In this document: positions 1 to 11,736 of the stretch, piece by piece
Layout: the number at the start of each line of letters is the position of its first letter
Position numbering within the stretch: position 1 is the stretch's first letter
Source of the DNA: Lingula anatina
Taxonomy: Eukaryota > Animalia > Brachiopoda
NCBI GenBank assembly: GCA_051362555.1
Contig: CM120645.1
Location: 17,236,001 to 17,300,000, forward strand
DNA: 64,000 nt
Direction: 5' to 3'
Program-made: the position numbers and the translations under genes
Notes under the pieces: generated by a model
Told to the model about the DNA's origin: nothing
The model's database searches: none
What the model saw: the letters and a program-made list of their open reading frames with translations, nothing else

Positions 1-271
1 GTTGAAGACATTCAGTGTCTCTCCTCACAGACATGCGTCTTATTCTTTGCCATACACTTCCATGAGGGTGGAGGTATCAGGTTTGCCTTTATAACAGATT
101 TGTATGTCCATAAGTGATTATTATGCTCAAGGCCACATTTATATTCATCTACAATACATAGCATTCAAGGACGTCCTCTGTTCTGTTACAAGGTGTCATT
201 TTGCTGAAGGCATTGCTGATCCAGCGCCTATCCATTCTTAGATTTTTGTGTGAAACTAATGCTGGCGAATT

Positions 272-3200
272 TCACTGCATTTTACCGAGTACGTTTTTCC
301 TTTCCTTAATGTCTCGTTCCCACTGTTTTCTGGTCATTGTGTATATTCGCATGGCAGCTTGAGCATCCTGAACCTGAAATACAAACTCATTCCTTGAAAT
401 TTCTAACATAAAGCAATCTTATAATTAAGTAACATCAAACCAGCTCTTTAAAGTTTAAAATTATAATGAAAATATATTGTATTCCCAATGGATTCTAAAG
501 GTTGACTGTGTACTGAGGCACAGTCCAGGTTGAACTACAACATTACTCCTTACCGAATTGTGTTCCCCTTCTTGCACTTTGACACCTAACAGCTTGTCGG
601 TCAGCTTCTTAAGAGAGGGCGTCTTCCCATTAAAGAGTTTTCTGAAGGGTTTGTACCTGGAGGTGTCCCTGATTTGCTTCTTAGGATGATCTAAGTAGAG
701 CACCTGAAGTAAGAGAACAAAGTTAACTACTACATCTGGATAGGTTCAATGTCTTATCAACTTAATAATACTAGTGTACAATTACCGTGATTTATATTTA
801 AGGTGTGATCATTTTCATGCTTATTAACATAAAGCTGCACAAGCTTTACAACAGACAAAAGGTTAGACATTACTTAATGACTGATTATCAACCTGGTACA
901 ATTTATAATTGTGAGTAATTCATTTTTTAAAAAACTGAGTACTTGAACATCACCAGTATTACACATGTTATAGGTACTTTGCATGGTGATATTGCAGTTG
1001 TCGTAAGTTACCTTGAAATCATTCATAATGGCATGGCCAACTACCACTCGACCTTTGAGGATTTTGCCAACATCTTCTTGAACTGATTTAAAGTCTTCTC
1101 CTGTAATAGAAAGAACAACTTTTCAAGAGGAAATAAATTTTAAAGGTTAACAGATCAGATGGTGAATTAAATCATAGATGCGATTTTTCTGGGATTTTTT
1201 TTCCTTGGGGGGGGGGGGGGGGGGGATTTCCATTTTTTTTAAACTTCATTTTCTTAAATTTCTTTTTTTTAAGTTCATTTTTTACATTTTCTGGGATAAA
1301 AGCTCAACATTTTCAATTTTCAGCCCCCCCCCTCACACACAAACACACACACACACACAAAGCACATCCCTGTTAAATTGAAATAAATAACACAGGTCTT
1401 AAAAAAAGCATCTTTAAAAACAAGACATGGACCTGTAAGTATGAATACACATCCTCAAATGTAATCACAAACAATTACCCTGCTGAAGTAAATCTTCCTT
1501 CCTGATCCCACTCACTGCCGTCCTGTAGTCCGTCACTTCCTCAGTTGGGGTGACGTATTTGTCTAGTACGCACTGTCCATACTGGTTCACAATGGACACT
1601 CTGGCCAGTATACTGTCCTTGCCCCCAGCTCCAACACCCACCATCTCACAGTCCATAGCCAGCACTTTGGTCAGCCTGACACAGATACAGATACAGGAGT
1701 CATAAAATTAAGGCTTCTTTTGCTTTTCTGATGATCATCATTACACTGTCTACACTGGTTGACAGTGGACACTGGTCATAGCCTCCCTGACTGTCCTAAC
1801 ACCGACCACTTCACACTTCATGACTTAACCTTGATCAAGATGAATTTCTGAATGCTGAGGAATCAGCACTTTGGGAAAATGGACAGGTTAATTTTATGAA
1901 AGCTGAGATATTTAATTCTTTATATACTTTCGTGTATAGGCTTCAAAAACTAATGCCAAATAACTTGCACATATTAATCATAAATTGGCAAAATTATACA
2001 TTATTCATGTATATTGATAGAAACCTGTAAATTTAGCTACTGGTAAGATATTAAGCATGAGCCCAAGGATAAGAGTAATATATCTATGTCATAAATTATA
2101 TGGTTATTACTTTTTTTCAAAACTTTTTCTTTTTTCTTTTCATCATTTTCATTACACAAGGTTAAGTTGTAAGAGATACTGACCCTTGGTACGACTCTGG
2201 CTTTACAAGAGGATCAATTTTACTGCTGCTGCTTACTTTTCCCCTGTTTGCCTCCAGGAAGATTTCATCCACATCATCAAACCATATGTCTGGTTCCCTA
2301 AAACAATATCATCCCATAATTGTTATACACAATAGCAATGGTTAACTCTTTCTCTGTTGAAGAATAATTTGTAGAAAAACTGCTGGATAGTTGAAACTGA
2401 AGGCATATTGGAAATATCAGAAAATAAAAAGTACAAACAGAAAAGCCCTTAAATCCTTTAAATCTGAAATTTCATGAATAGTTATCCAAACAGAAATTCT
2501 CCAATATAATTCACCCTGTAAATAACCACATTTGTGAGTTTAAAAATATCTATACTATTGTACTAAATCATACTTATTGCTGGACTGTTCCTGTCCTTCT
2601 TGTCCCATTTCTCTGTCTCCCTTTGTGTGTCTTTTTCCAAATTTATTTTTCTTTTTTCTATTTGGATCATTCTTCTTTTCAACTTCTAATTTCTAGGAAA
2701 AAACAAACATTATGTGTTAATCATTATCTTATATCAATGTCCAAAATGAACATCTGAAAAAAATGCAGATGACATTTTACATCAGGTTAGTGATCTATAG
2801 CTAGATCAATGGATGTCACTATAAATTTTAGAAATCTTCAGAGTTAAATAATAATATTCCCAGACTGAATGTTGAATTTGATGCTTACTGCTACTAACTG
2901 TTTCCAATTTGCAGATGCCTGGTGTGCCTTTTTGGGAACTCTGCTGACTGGCTGAATTAATTTTGTCTCTTTAACCTCTTCCGTTTCCCTTCTTTTCTTC
3001 TTCCATTTCATCCTTCTGTGTTTTAGTTTTCTTTTCAAATGTACATTAGTCCCTGCCTGAACCTTCTTCTGCACATTTTCATTTCCTATGCCTGTATTGT
3101 GCTTCACTGAATCACTTGTTAATAAACTGCCTCTTGAATCAGATGTGGCTTTATCACAAGACTGCTGTTTTTTTACATTTGTTTTAAAGGTCTTCTTGTG

Positions 3201-3461
3201 ATTTTTCTTCTTTACATTCATGTGATCTATATGTGATTTGCTGTTAAAAGAACTGTTTTGCCCTTTATTTTCAAACTGCAGGCTAGTCCTCTGTTCTTTC
3301 ACTTCTATGGAAGTTGGAGTCAACTTTTTAGTCTTGTGAGCATCTTTCAATTTTGATTTTATTTTAGTGGTACTGTTCCCTTTGTTATGGATCTTTTGTC
3401 TTTTGGTATTAATTGCATCTGGTTGTTCAGAATGCTTTCTCTTTTTTGGCATTGTGGTCAT
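272..3461 (-). CDS. REXO4: RNA exonuclease 4 (REXO4/XPMC2H/Rex4), DEDDh 3'-5' exonuclease; 7 coding exons, 447 aa
   Basis: Manually spliced minus-strand exons 3461-2889, 2692-2574, 2297-2184, 1675-1479, 1100-1012, 703-554 and 373-272. All introns are GT-AG with consistent phases; total 1344 nt. The protein has a Lys-rich N-terminus, [18 protein letters not shown], Exo[12 protein letters not shown], Exo[24 protein letters not shown] and Exo[19 protein letters not shown], which are diagnostic of REXO4. Confidence 0.95.
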
Positions 3462-3913
3462 GATGAAAAGCTAAATAGAAAGAGATAATCTTGGGTTATC
3501 ATTTAATTACTTATATATGGAAGCACTTAAATTAACATCCAGTCCATCACCTTGAAATCATCTGACCTACTGCAACTGATAAACAGCCATGCAATAAGCT
3601 ACAACTACAGTTGTACATATAGGATCCAACACATGGTGGATCCTAACCTAAAATTAGGCACTTTGATAACACATTAATAGGAAATGCAAAGGATTTTCCT
3701 TTTTTTCAGCACTTAACTACAGCTATTTTTTATTTATTTATTTTTTTTTTGCCTTTGCTATTTAATAACTTATTTTTGCCTTTTATCCACTGCCTTTTCA
3801 ACACCATTTACTTTTGCAGCAAAAACCAAAATAGCTATAGTTAAGTGCTGACAAGACTAAAATCATCACATTACTGAATTGAGAAAACATACTGACTTGT
3901 GTGTATAAATGGG

Positions 3914-3947
<34 letters not shown>

Positions 3948-4139
3948 TGGAGAGAGAGAGAGAAATTGGTGTTTTAGAAGTACAAGCGTAATTACAGCTC
4001 AGCTTACACGATTTCTTAACATAAAACCCCTCTCTCAAATTGAATACAGAAATCCCACACTAAATTGAGTACTATACCAATATCTTGTCCAAATAAGTAA
4101 AATAAACACACATTTGATATTAAAAGTCTGCCAGAGCGT

Positions 4140-4215
4140 GTTTGCCACTGGGCGCAGCCATGTTGTGACGTCGTCGTGGGTTGTCGTTGTGGAGCCACTT
4201 CCGGGTCAAGCTCGG
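4140..4215. promoter_or_regulatory. Putative bidirectional housekeeping promoter shared by REXO4 (-) and gene 2 (+)
   Basis: Local CpG/GC-rich patch between two divergent genes. It contains a YY1-like GCCATGTTG (about 4157-4165), a CRE-like TGACGTC (4166-4172) and an ETS/GABP-type CACTTCCGG (4196-4204). Confidence 0.65.
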
Positions 4216-6826
4216 GGTCACAAGGGAAGAAAAGTGGAATATAATCACGGCTCTATTACTAAGGTACACAAAGACTGTGCTCAGGTGTAGTGTACTGGTT
4301 CATTGCCGAACGAAGACTCTCAAGGGCCGGGGAAGTTTTTTTACTACAGGCAAGTCTGTTAACTGCGTTATTCTATTATCTGTTGTATATAATGTGAGGA
4401 TATTTTTGAAAGTTTAGATAAAGTTGGGGATTAATTCTGAATAGATTGGAGTGTACCAGTAATAACATGTACATGCAGTGCCCGTAACTAGCTTTCAAAC
4501 GCGTGTAATGTTAATACTAACAGATCATACATGGTAAATAAGACCTCCTCTCCACTAATACTAAACTTAAATAATGTGTTGGGATTGTATTACGTTTACT
4601 CGTACTTTATCAAAGTAATTAAAATTAAGCTGTTGTTAACTTTTTTCATTTGGATGCATGATACATGTACTTAAAAAAAGTAAAAGAAAAAAAAGTGTAA
4701 CCGAAGTTGGTACATGTATATTTGGTATTACATGTACTTGCTACCAAGTAGTTCAAGTGTTTTGATAAAGTTGACATAAATCTGCTCATGTTCACAGTAT
4801 GTCTTTTAAAATTAACAGCAGGTACCAGCTAGTACATGCATGTACATGTCTTAATTTGCCAAAATAGCCAAATCTGGCAATTAATTTAGATACTCGTACA
4901 TTATGATTAACAAGAATGAAAAACAGGAATATTTAACTTGTTATTATATAAAGTATTTTAGTAATGGACTGTTAGATAAATCTGAAAAAAAAAACCCCAG
5001 GTAGTAAAACACTTGGGTACATAGTGAGAAAGTGTTACGTTCTTCATATGTGCGGTAGTAAAAATTATTATTTATACTGTTAAAGTGTGTAGCCAGTTTC
5101 ACACTGTGAAAATAATTTGCCCTTAGAATTATACCTTTTGAGCATCATATACCTTTCATATTTTGTTTTCGTCTTCAAATAATTATTTTGTGAACTTTGT
5201 CAAGGCATACAGTATGTAATAGTACATTACCATTGTGAATTTTCTATTTTCATGTGAATTATATTTTAAATGGTGATGATAACAGTGGCTCATCCTCCAT
5301 TAAAATATCAGTACTAGCATATTACTTTATGGGATTGTGAACTTTTGGTCGATACCTCCCCCCCCCCCCCTGCCCTAGCCTAGTCTCCAAGTAGAAGTAA
5401 CCATGTCCATAACTTGAGTGCTTAATAAACAGTGGTTAACAAACAGTCTTGCCAAACAGTCAATAACACATACACATAAGCAGTGACAGGCACAGTGTTT
5501 TCATCTTTATATCAAGTCCTTTCTGTTACATGTGCAGGTACATAACTTTTCATTCAATGGTGGTGACATTAAAAAAGTTTTAAACTTTTACAGAATTTCA
5601 ACACTTTTTCTTTGATCACTAGGGTATACTTTTTGTATCTCCATAAATAAAGACAAAACTATATTTTCTTTTCCACTGTTAAAGAGATTTATAACAACTA
5701 TTCGTATGAGATTCAAATTCCACAGTTAATACATTGTAAACAACACATAGAAAATAATAAATAAAATCCAATCTGTGCTTGCCATTGGACCAAGTGGACC
5801 TTTACGGGTGGTTACCCTCTGTAACAATCTTAGGAGATTATTACAAAAACCACATTTCAAAAAAATCAACAATTCAATAACCATTGGAAAGTATGGGGAA
5901 ATTGTTGTTGACCCCAAGAAAATGCATTTTATGGCACTTTTACCCACCAAAATAAAGAGCTGTCATACCTTTAATTTTTAGTCACCTTAAGTTTATAATG
6001 GAGGTGGAGAATATAGTGAATTTCACTTGAATGGTAAAAAAGTGAAAATTCAGATCTTAAAAATGCAATAAGATATAGTAACTTTCTTGACAGTTTTGGA
6101 TAACATATGCTGTGTTGATTAAGGGGAAATTGCTGAAATTTCATTTGGTTATATAAACGATACATTGCATCAATAGTAGTTGCCATGAAACAAACCCTGT
6201 TTGGTGGGGCCTTAAGCTACATTGTATAACACATGGGTGAACAAACCAATCTTCCTGGTTATCTGTACATAAGCCTTGCCAAATACATGTAGTTGAATTT
6301 AGTACCAGTAAATATAAACATATACTGAGCATATACATGAATTGTATAGCCTAAAAGAAGCTTGGAAAGCACATGCACTCTTTATGTTTTAACAAGGTGT
6401 TAACTGGCAAAATATATATTTATAAAGGAGAGAACTACAGTGTATTTTCACTCCACTGTAATAATGAAGTGTATTTCATACATGTATATTATGCTGTGTG
6501 GTCTCTTTTTTGACCATTTGTAATATGAGTCATTAAATTTCTATCATGTCAAAACATAATTTGTCTAAATTTGATAGATCATAATCTTAGAGTCTTAGAC
6601 TATGTGAACATGTATGTAAAAAGTACAGATAAAATAAATAATTAAATTTCAATAAGATATTACTTTTTTGATTTTTCAGAAGTAACAGTATATCCTTATA
6701 GCTGAAATCATTAGGACTGGAAAATATAGCAAAATGGCTTCAAAATATAAGTAAATGATTGTGTCCCATAAGAGATAATGGAATCAAGATTTGGTTCAGA
6801 ATGAGAGACTCTGGTGTCTGGATGCC

Positions 6827-6964
6827 ATGTCTGTGATCAGTACATCTTCAATGTCCACTTCCTCCAGTGGGACCTTCACCTCTCAGGCAGGTGCTGGCAC
6901 TCCAGGGGAACAGAAGGCTGCAGTGCTAAGGGAGTTGCTGATATGGAGAGGAGTAGACTTGAGG

Positions 6965-7006
<42 letters not shown>

Positions 7007-10000
7007 TTTTCTTTGTTTAATCATTTATTGGTGAGAGAGCAGCAGTCATCCAGAGCAACTACAAACTTGTCATTCACTTCATTGACCTCTCCACAGCTGT
7101 GACTTGGTGAAGACATAACTGGCAAGCCTGTCAGTGTCACATAAATTCATGATTTAAAGAAGGTAAAATAAGCTGTTTTAAGCAGAGAAACCAACAATGA
7201 AAAGCATTCAAAGCCGAAATAGATGAAGTACTTTTTCAAGATGGATTACGATGAGTGGGACTGAGGGATTACCATAAGAATTTAAAAGAAGTTAAACATA
7301 TGCTAAGTAGTTCTGTTCAGGAATTCTAGCTCACTTTGTACCATGGTGTATTTTAAGTGGGAAAATTACATAGTGTTCGTAATAAATTGGGGTTGTGCTT
7401 CAATGTGAGAGTTTGGAGGGGGAAGAGAGAAGGGGCAAGCATATAATCTGAGTGAAGTGGTGCACAGAGGACAAATGCCTTCATATTCCCAAAACAATTA
7501 GAATGCAGATAGTCCAGTATATTTTTTACTGAGTTTACTAGCAATTGCAAGTAATCATGTACACATACCATTTTGATGATTGAATGTAAAAGTTTAAAAA
7601 CATAAATTCATGATTTAAAGAATGTAAAAGGTTTAAAAATATTTTGTATTCAATTTCAGATAGACTTACCTCCTCTTCCTGTAGTACCAAAGGAAAAACT
7701 TAGCATGAGTGAGTTTTACAGCTATTTATTATATTTAATAAAGGCATTTACTTAAATAAGAGAGGATTTTGGTGTAAACAATTATTAATAAAAAGAGGGT
7801 TGGATAAGAATTATTCAATTTTTGAAGTGCTGCAAAAGTTCTGTATTTTCATGATATACCTGTGATTTAGCTCTATTTTGTCTTTAATTTCAGGTGATGC
7901 TTGGGACTGTGACAACCAGGCTGTGAGACAGTTAGTAAATGTAGGTATACAATATATATAGTATATACTTGGGACTGTGACAACCAGGCTGTGAGACAGT
8001 TAGTGAATGTAGATATACAATATATAGTATATACTTGGGACTGTGACAACCAGGCTGTTAGTTAGTGAATGTAGGTATACAATATATATAGTATATACTT
8101 GGGACTGTGACAACCAGGCTGTTAGTTAGTGAATGTAGGTATACAATATATAGTATATACTTGGGACTGTGACAACCAGGCTGTTAGTTAGTGAATGTAG
8201 GTATATAATATATATAGTATATACTTGGGACTGTGACAACCAGGCTGTGAGACAGTTAGTAAATGTAGGTATACAATATATAGTACATACTTAGGACTGT
8301 GACAACCAGGCTGTGAGACAGTTAGTGAATGTAGGTATACAATATATAGATGATACTTTTCACCAGTAGTTAATGATAATATTTATTATAAATAATGAAT
8401 ATAATAATAAATAATATTCATTATAAAACTGCATTCAGCTGGATTTAAAGTAGTGTGCTAACCAAGACTTATACCCCGTTCACACTACAGTTGCAAAAAT
8501 GCGCATTTCTATAATCCGAATTTTTCGTGAGGAATTCGATTCGGTATTGCGTTCACACACGCTAAGCGAAACCGAATTACACGTTGAAATTTTCAGGTTT
8601 AACTTCCTGTTTTGAACACTCGCGCATGCGCCGCACAGGAAATCTTAAATACCAACAAAAATTTGTGACGACAAATGCAACTCTAAAGACATTCCAGCAT
8701 TCTTGAGAAGTATAAGATGGCAAAATAAGTTTATTTCCTCATGTTGTAGTGAGTGGTGACCTCCAAATACGTTTGGTGCAATCGCTAAAGTAATAAACAA
8801 GCGTTCATAGATACTCCCACTTATCTGCACACATGCGCAGTTAGATCTGTACAGGTGTCGATTCCGGTAAGTTATCCGGATCGCGCTTAGAAATCCACCT
8901 CGCTTGCAGGATTTTGAAAATGCGCATTACAAAAATCCTCTTGCGTTCACACTACTGCATTTATTCGAATTGTGACCTAATTCGCAATTTATCCGGATAA
9001 CTGAGCGTAGTGTGAACGGGGTATTAGTGAAGCCCAGAAGTGACTGTACAGTGCATAGCTTTATAGTAAGTGGAATTTTTTGCTAGGTTAAAACCAAATG
9101 AACTCTGACTAAAGCCATGAAGTTGAAGTTATACCAAAATTTAACTATAAAACATAAATATTTAATGCTCTTTGTCTATTTTTAAATAAGTTTTGTGCTT
9201 TTATGTAGACAGTTTCTTTGAAAAAGAAAGATGGTAGATTTTCAAGATGTTAATATGGTGAAGGTTAAATTTTGCAGTGAAAAGAAAAAGAAAGATGAAA
9301 GTGAACGTCTATAGGTTGAATTTCCATTTTTCTCAAAACCTTTCAAAACTCCTTACTGTGTGGGATGGGCAGCTAAACTAGTTTAAGACTCCTCAAGAAG
9401 CCATCTCCTTGGAACCTTTAATCCTGAGCAAGTGGTCTTTTATACCTCATGTTTTTCATCTTTTATTGGAAAATAATGAAAAAGTAAACAAGAAGCCAAG
9501 GCAAACATTAGAATCTATCGAATCAGAGTGAAAGACCACCTTGATATTTGATATGTTATGCTTCAAAACATACAAGCGAATGACTAAAGGTTTTATGGCA
9601 GCAGTGTTATTGCTATGAATAAATTATGAACAATGGGAATGTTTTATGGAAATTTATTTCAAATTCATCGAGGATGAAATTTTCTTTGATTGAGTTTGAT
9701 GAATTGATTTGCTTTAGATCCATGTTTGTTTGGTGTTATCAGAGGGACCAGCTGCTGTGCATTATAGAAATCAATAGGGAAACGGGCACTCTTTGAAGTG
9801 TGCACATGCATAGTAATGAAAGGGAATGTATTATGCATAAAGCTGTTAAGGTTGAAGTTATTACCTTGGAAATGTCACCTATATCTGGGTAGTAGACAAG
9901 GCCTACATATGTGTAGAATGTGAACATTTTGCATTTCATACTTTGATTAGTTGCCCCTAAGAAGCATGATACACAGGATTTACTGTATTTTATTATTTTA

Positions 10001-11126
10001 AATGATAATTTGGTTTAGAATATCATTTATAGTCAGTAATTTTGTTTTAACAGTTATTAAAAGGTCTGAGTATATATTTCAATTTTTTAAAAATGAAAAT
10101 TATTGTTTGAACATTGTAGCAACTGGCTTAGGTGATAGAATGTAAAGTGAGTGCTATGGCAAGTAAAAAAATAAATTAACTTTGTGCATATTGATTTCTT
10201 CTGAATTAGTTTTGGTTAATTAAAGTTACTGATGTCTTAAGGAAATGCAAGATGGATTAGAATTTTTTAATTTTAGAATTTTTTTATTAAGATTTGCCAT
10301 CACAGAGCCAGATTAACAAAAGCTTGGCTCTGGTGGTAGAGGGATGAAGGTAAAAAGGTATTTAACAGATATTATTGATTCTATCCAGATTCCCCACCAT
10401 AAGGCCCGGCCCGTCCGGTTCAAGCCAGGCTATGGCGGCCCAGAGGTCAGAGTGAAGAGTGCACCATCCAGAAGAGAGCCACTTCAGGAGTGAGTAAACA
10501 GGACTTCTGTGAGATTGATATCCAAACTATCACCAAATTCTCCCACTCCAAACTTTCACACAATCAATCAGTTACTATTATGGGTCATTTGAAATATTAG
10601 GAAAAAGGGCTCTACCTTGAACTTTTTTCATTGATAAATCTGTGATGACAGCTTTTAAATATGTTATATAATCTACTTTTGTTAAAAGGGTTATTAATTC
10701 ATTGTTAAAATGTGTTTTCCAAAACAATCACTTAATCATGCATGCATTCCTTTTATGGCATTAACACTGTACTAGTAATGATTTTGAACAGTTTAGATAT
10801 ATCCAAAGTTCTGAAATTATTCATAAATCCTTACCGTATTATTGGCTGAAAAACTTATCTATAGACAACCAGTGATAATCGTAATCTCTGCATTGATTAA
10901 TTTTTCTGACTTTGTCTTTCATAATTTTAGAAAAGTGGGATCTGGAGTGTACCGACGGAGAATCTCTACAGATTCTGAACGCTCTAGTAAATATGGCAGA
11001 CCCAAACCTCACATCTTGCCAACTATCCAACTCCATAACCCATTCAAGCCACAGGGCAAGTACTTCAAGTATACAGTGGACTTCTACAAGAAGAAAAATA
11101 AAAGTGAATTAGAGAAAACTGATTAA
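6827..11126 (+). CDS. Uncharacterised small basic protein (177 aa), 5 coding exons; no family recognised
   Basis: Exons 6827-6967, 7660-7708, 7894-7940, 10389-10489 and 10931-11126 have AG/GT boundaries with matching phases (0,1,0,2) and give one 534-nt ORF: MSVISTSS...LRELLIWRGVDLRK-IDLPPLPVVPKEKLSM-SDAWDCDNQAVRQLVN-IPHHKARPVRFKPGYGGPEVRVKSAPSRREPLQE-KVGSGVYRRRISTDSERSSKYGRPKPH...ELEKTD*. The start has gccATG context. A candidate polyA signal AATAAA lies at 12572. Confidence 0.75.
7901..8350 (+). repeat. Minisatellite, 7 copies of a 62-68 bp unit containing the 3' part of gene-2 exon 3 and its splice donor
   Basis: Unit TTGGGACTGTGACAACCAGGCTGT(GAGAC/T)AGTTAGTRAATGTAGGTATACAATATATAGTATATAC starts at 7901, 7969, 8035, 8099, 8161, 8225 and 8291. 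Confidence 0.95.
8472..9023. mobile_element. PIF/Harbinger-type MITE in gene-2 intron
   Basis: Perfect 17-bp TIR TACCCCGTTCACACTAC / GTAGTGTGAACGGGGTA flanked by a TTA duplication (8469-8471 and 9024-9026). It has internal GCGTTCACAC and AAAATGCGCATT repeats and is CpG-rich relative to the host intron. Confidence 0.85.
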
Positions 11127-11736
11127 GGCAGTCTCTGTCTATTGTAGAAATTTTAGCAGATGCTGAACAGAGAAATGATTAGCAGAAAATAAGAATATAT
11201 ATAAGAGGAGAAATTTTACAAGGGCCATGTGTGAATGGAGGAATGATTTGAATATTCTGTAGGAATGTAGTGAAATGTTTGCATGTATTGTACAACATAC
11301 ATTTTTGTATGATTTGTACCCATCAGTGTAATTTAGACGTACAGGCTAGAAACTAAGAAATTTCATGTGCAAATACAAGGAAGGCAGTTCTTCACAAAGT
11401 GGAGGCTAATGCTCTGGTCCCAGAAGACAGCAGAGGGTTGTGAGGAACACAGTATATCATATACTGCTCATGTAGAGAGACACAGCAGGTATAATGGAAC
11501 GTGTTCCCATTGATTATGTGATATCCCACAGGGTGTGACTGATAATTTTATAACAGACTACTAGTGCACCCTGTTTTCAGAGAGTAATGTTAAGTTACTA
11601 CACTGGGGTTTAGTGAATACCCTGAAGTTTAGATCTGTGATAAATGGTGAAGGCATGCATTCTTCTCTTACTTTTGTTATGATGTCGAGATATGAACACC
11701 AAGAAGCAGATATATAACATAAGATCAGATGCATAA

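Noticed and set aside
6814-7020. Alternative Cys/His-rich reading frame (MSGCHVCDQY...) for gene-2 exon 1
   Set aside because: It has no true ATG start, and its phase at the 6967 donor does not continue into the open frame of the 7660 exon.
7901-8350. CRISPR-like appearance of regularly spaced repeats
   Set aside because: The units are head-to-tail with no unique spacers, there are no cas genes, and the context is a eukaryotic intron. It is a minisatellite.
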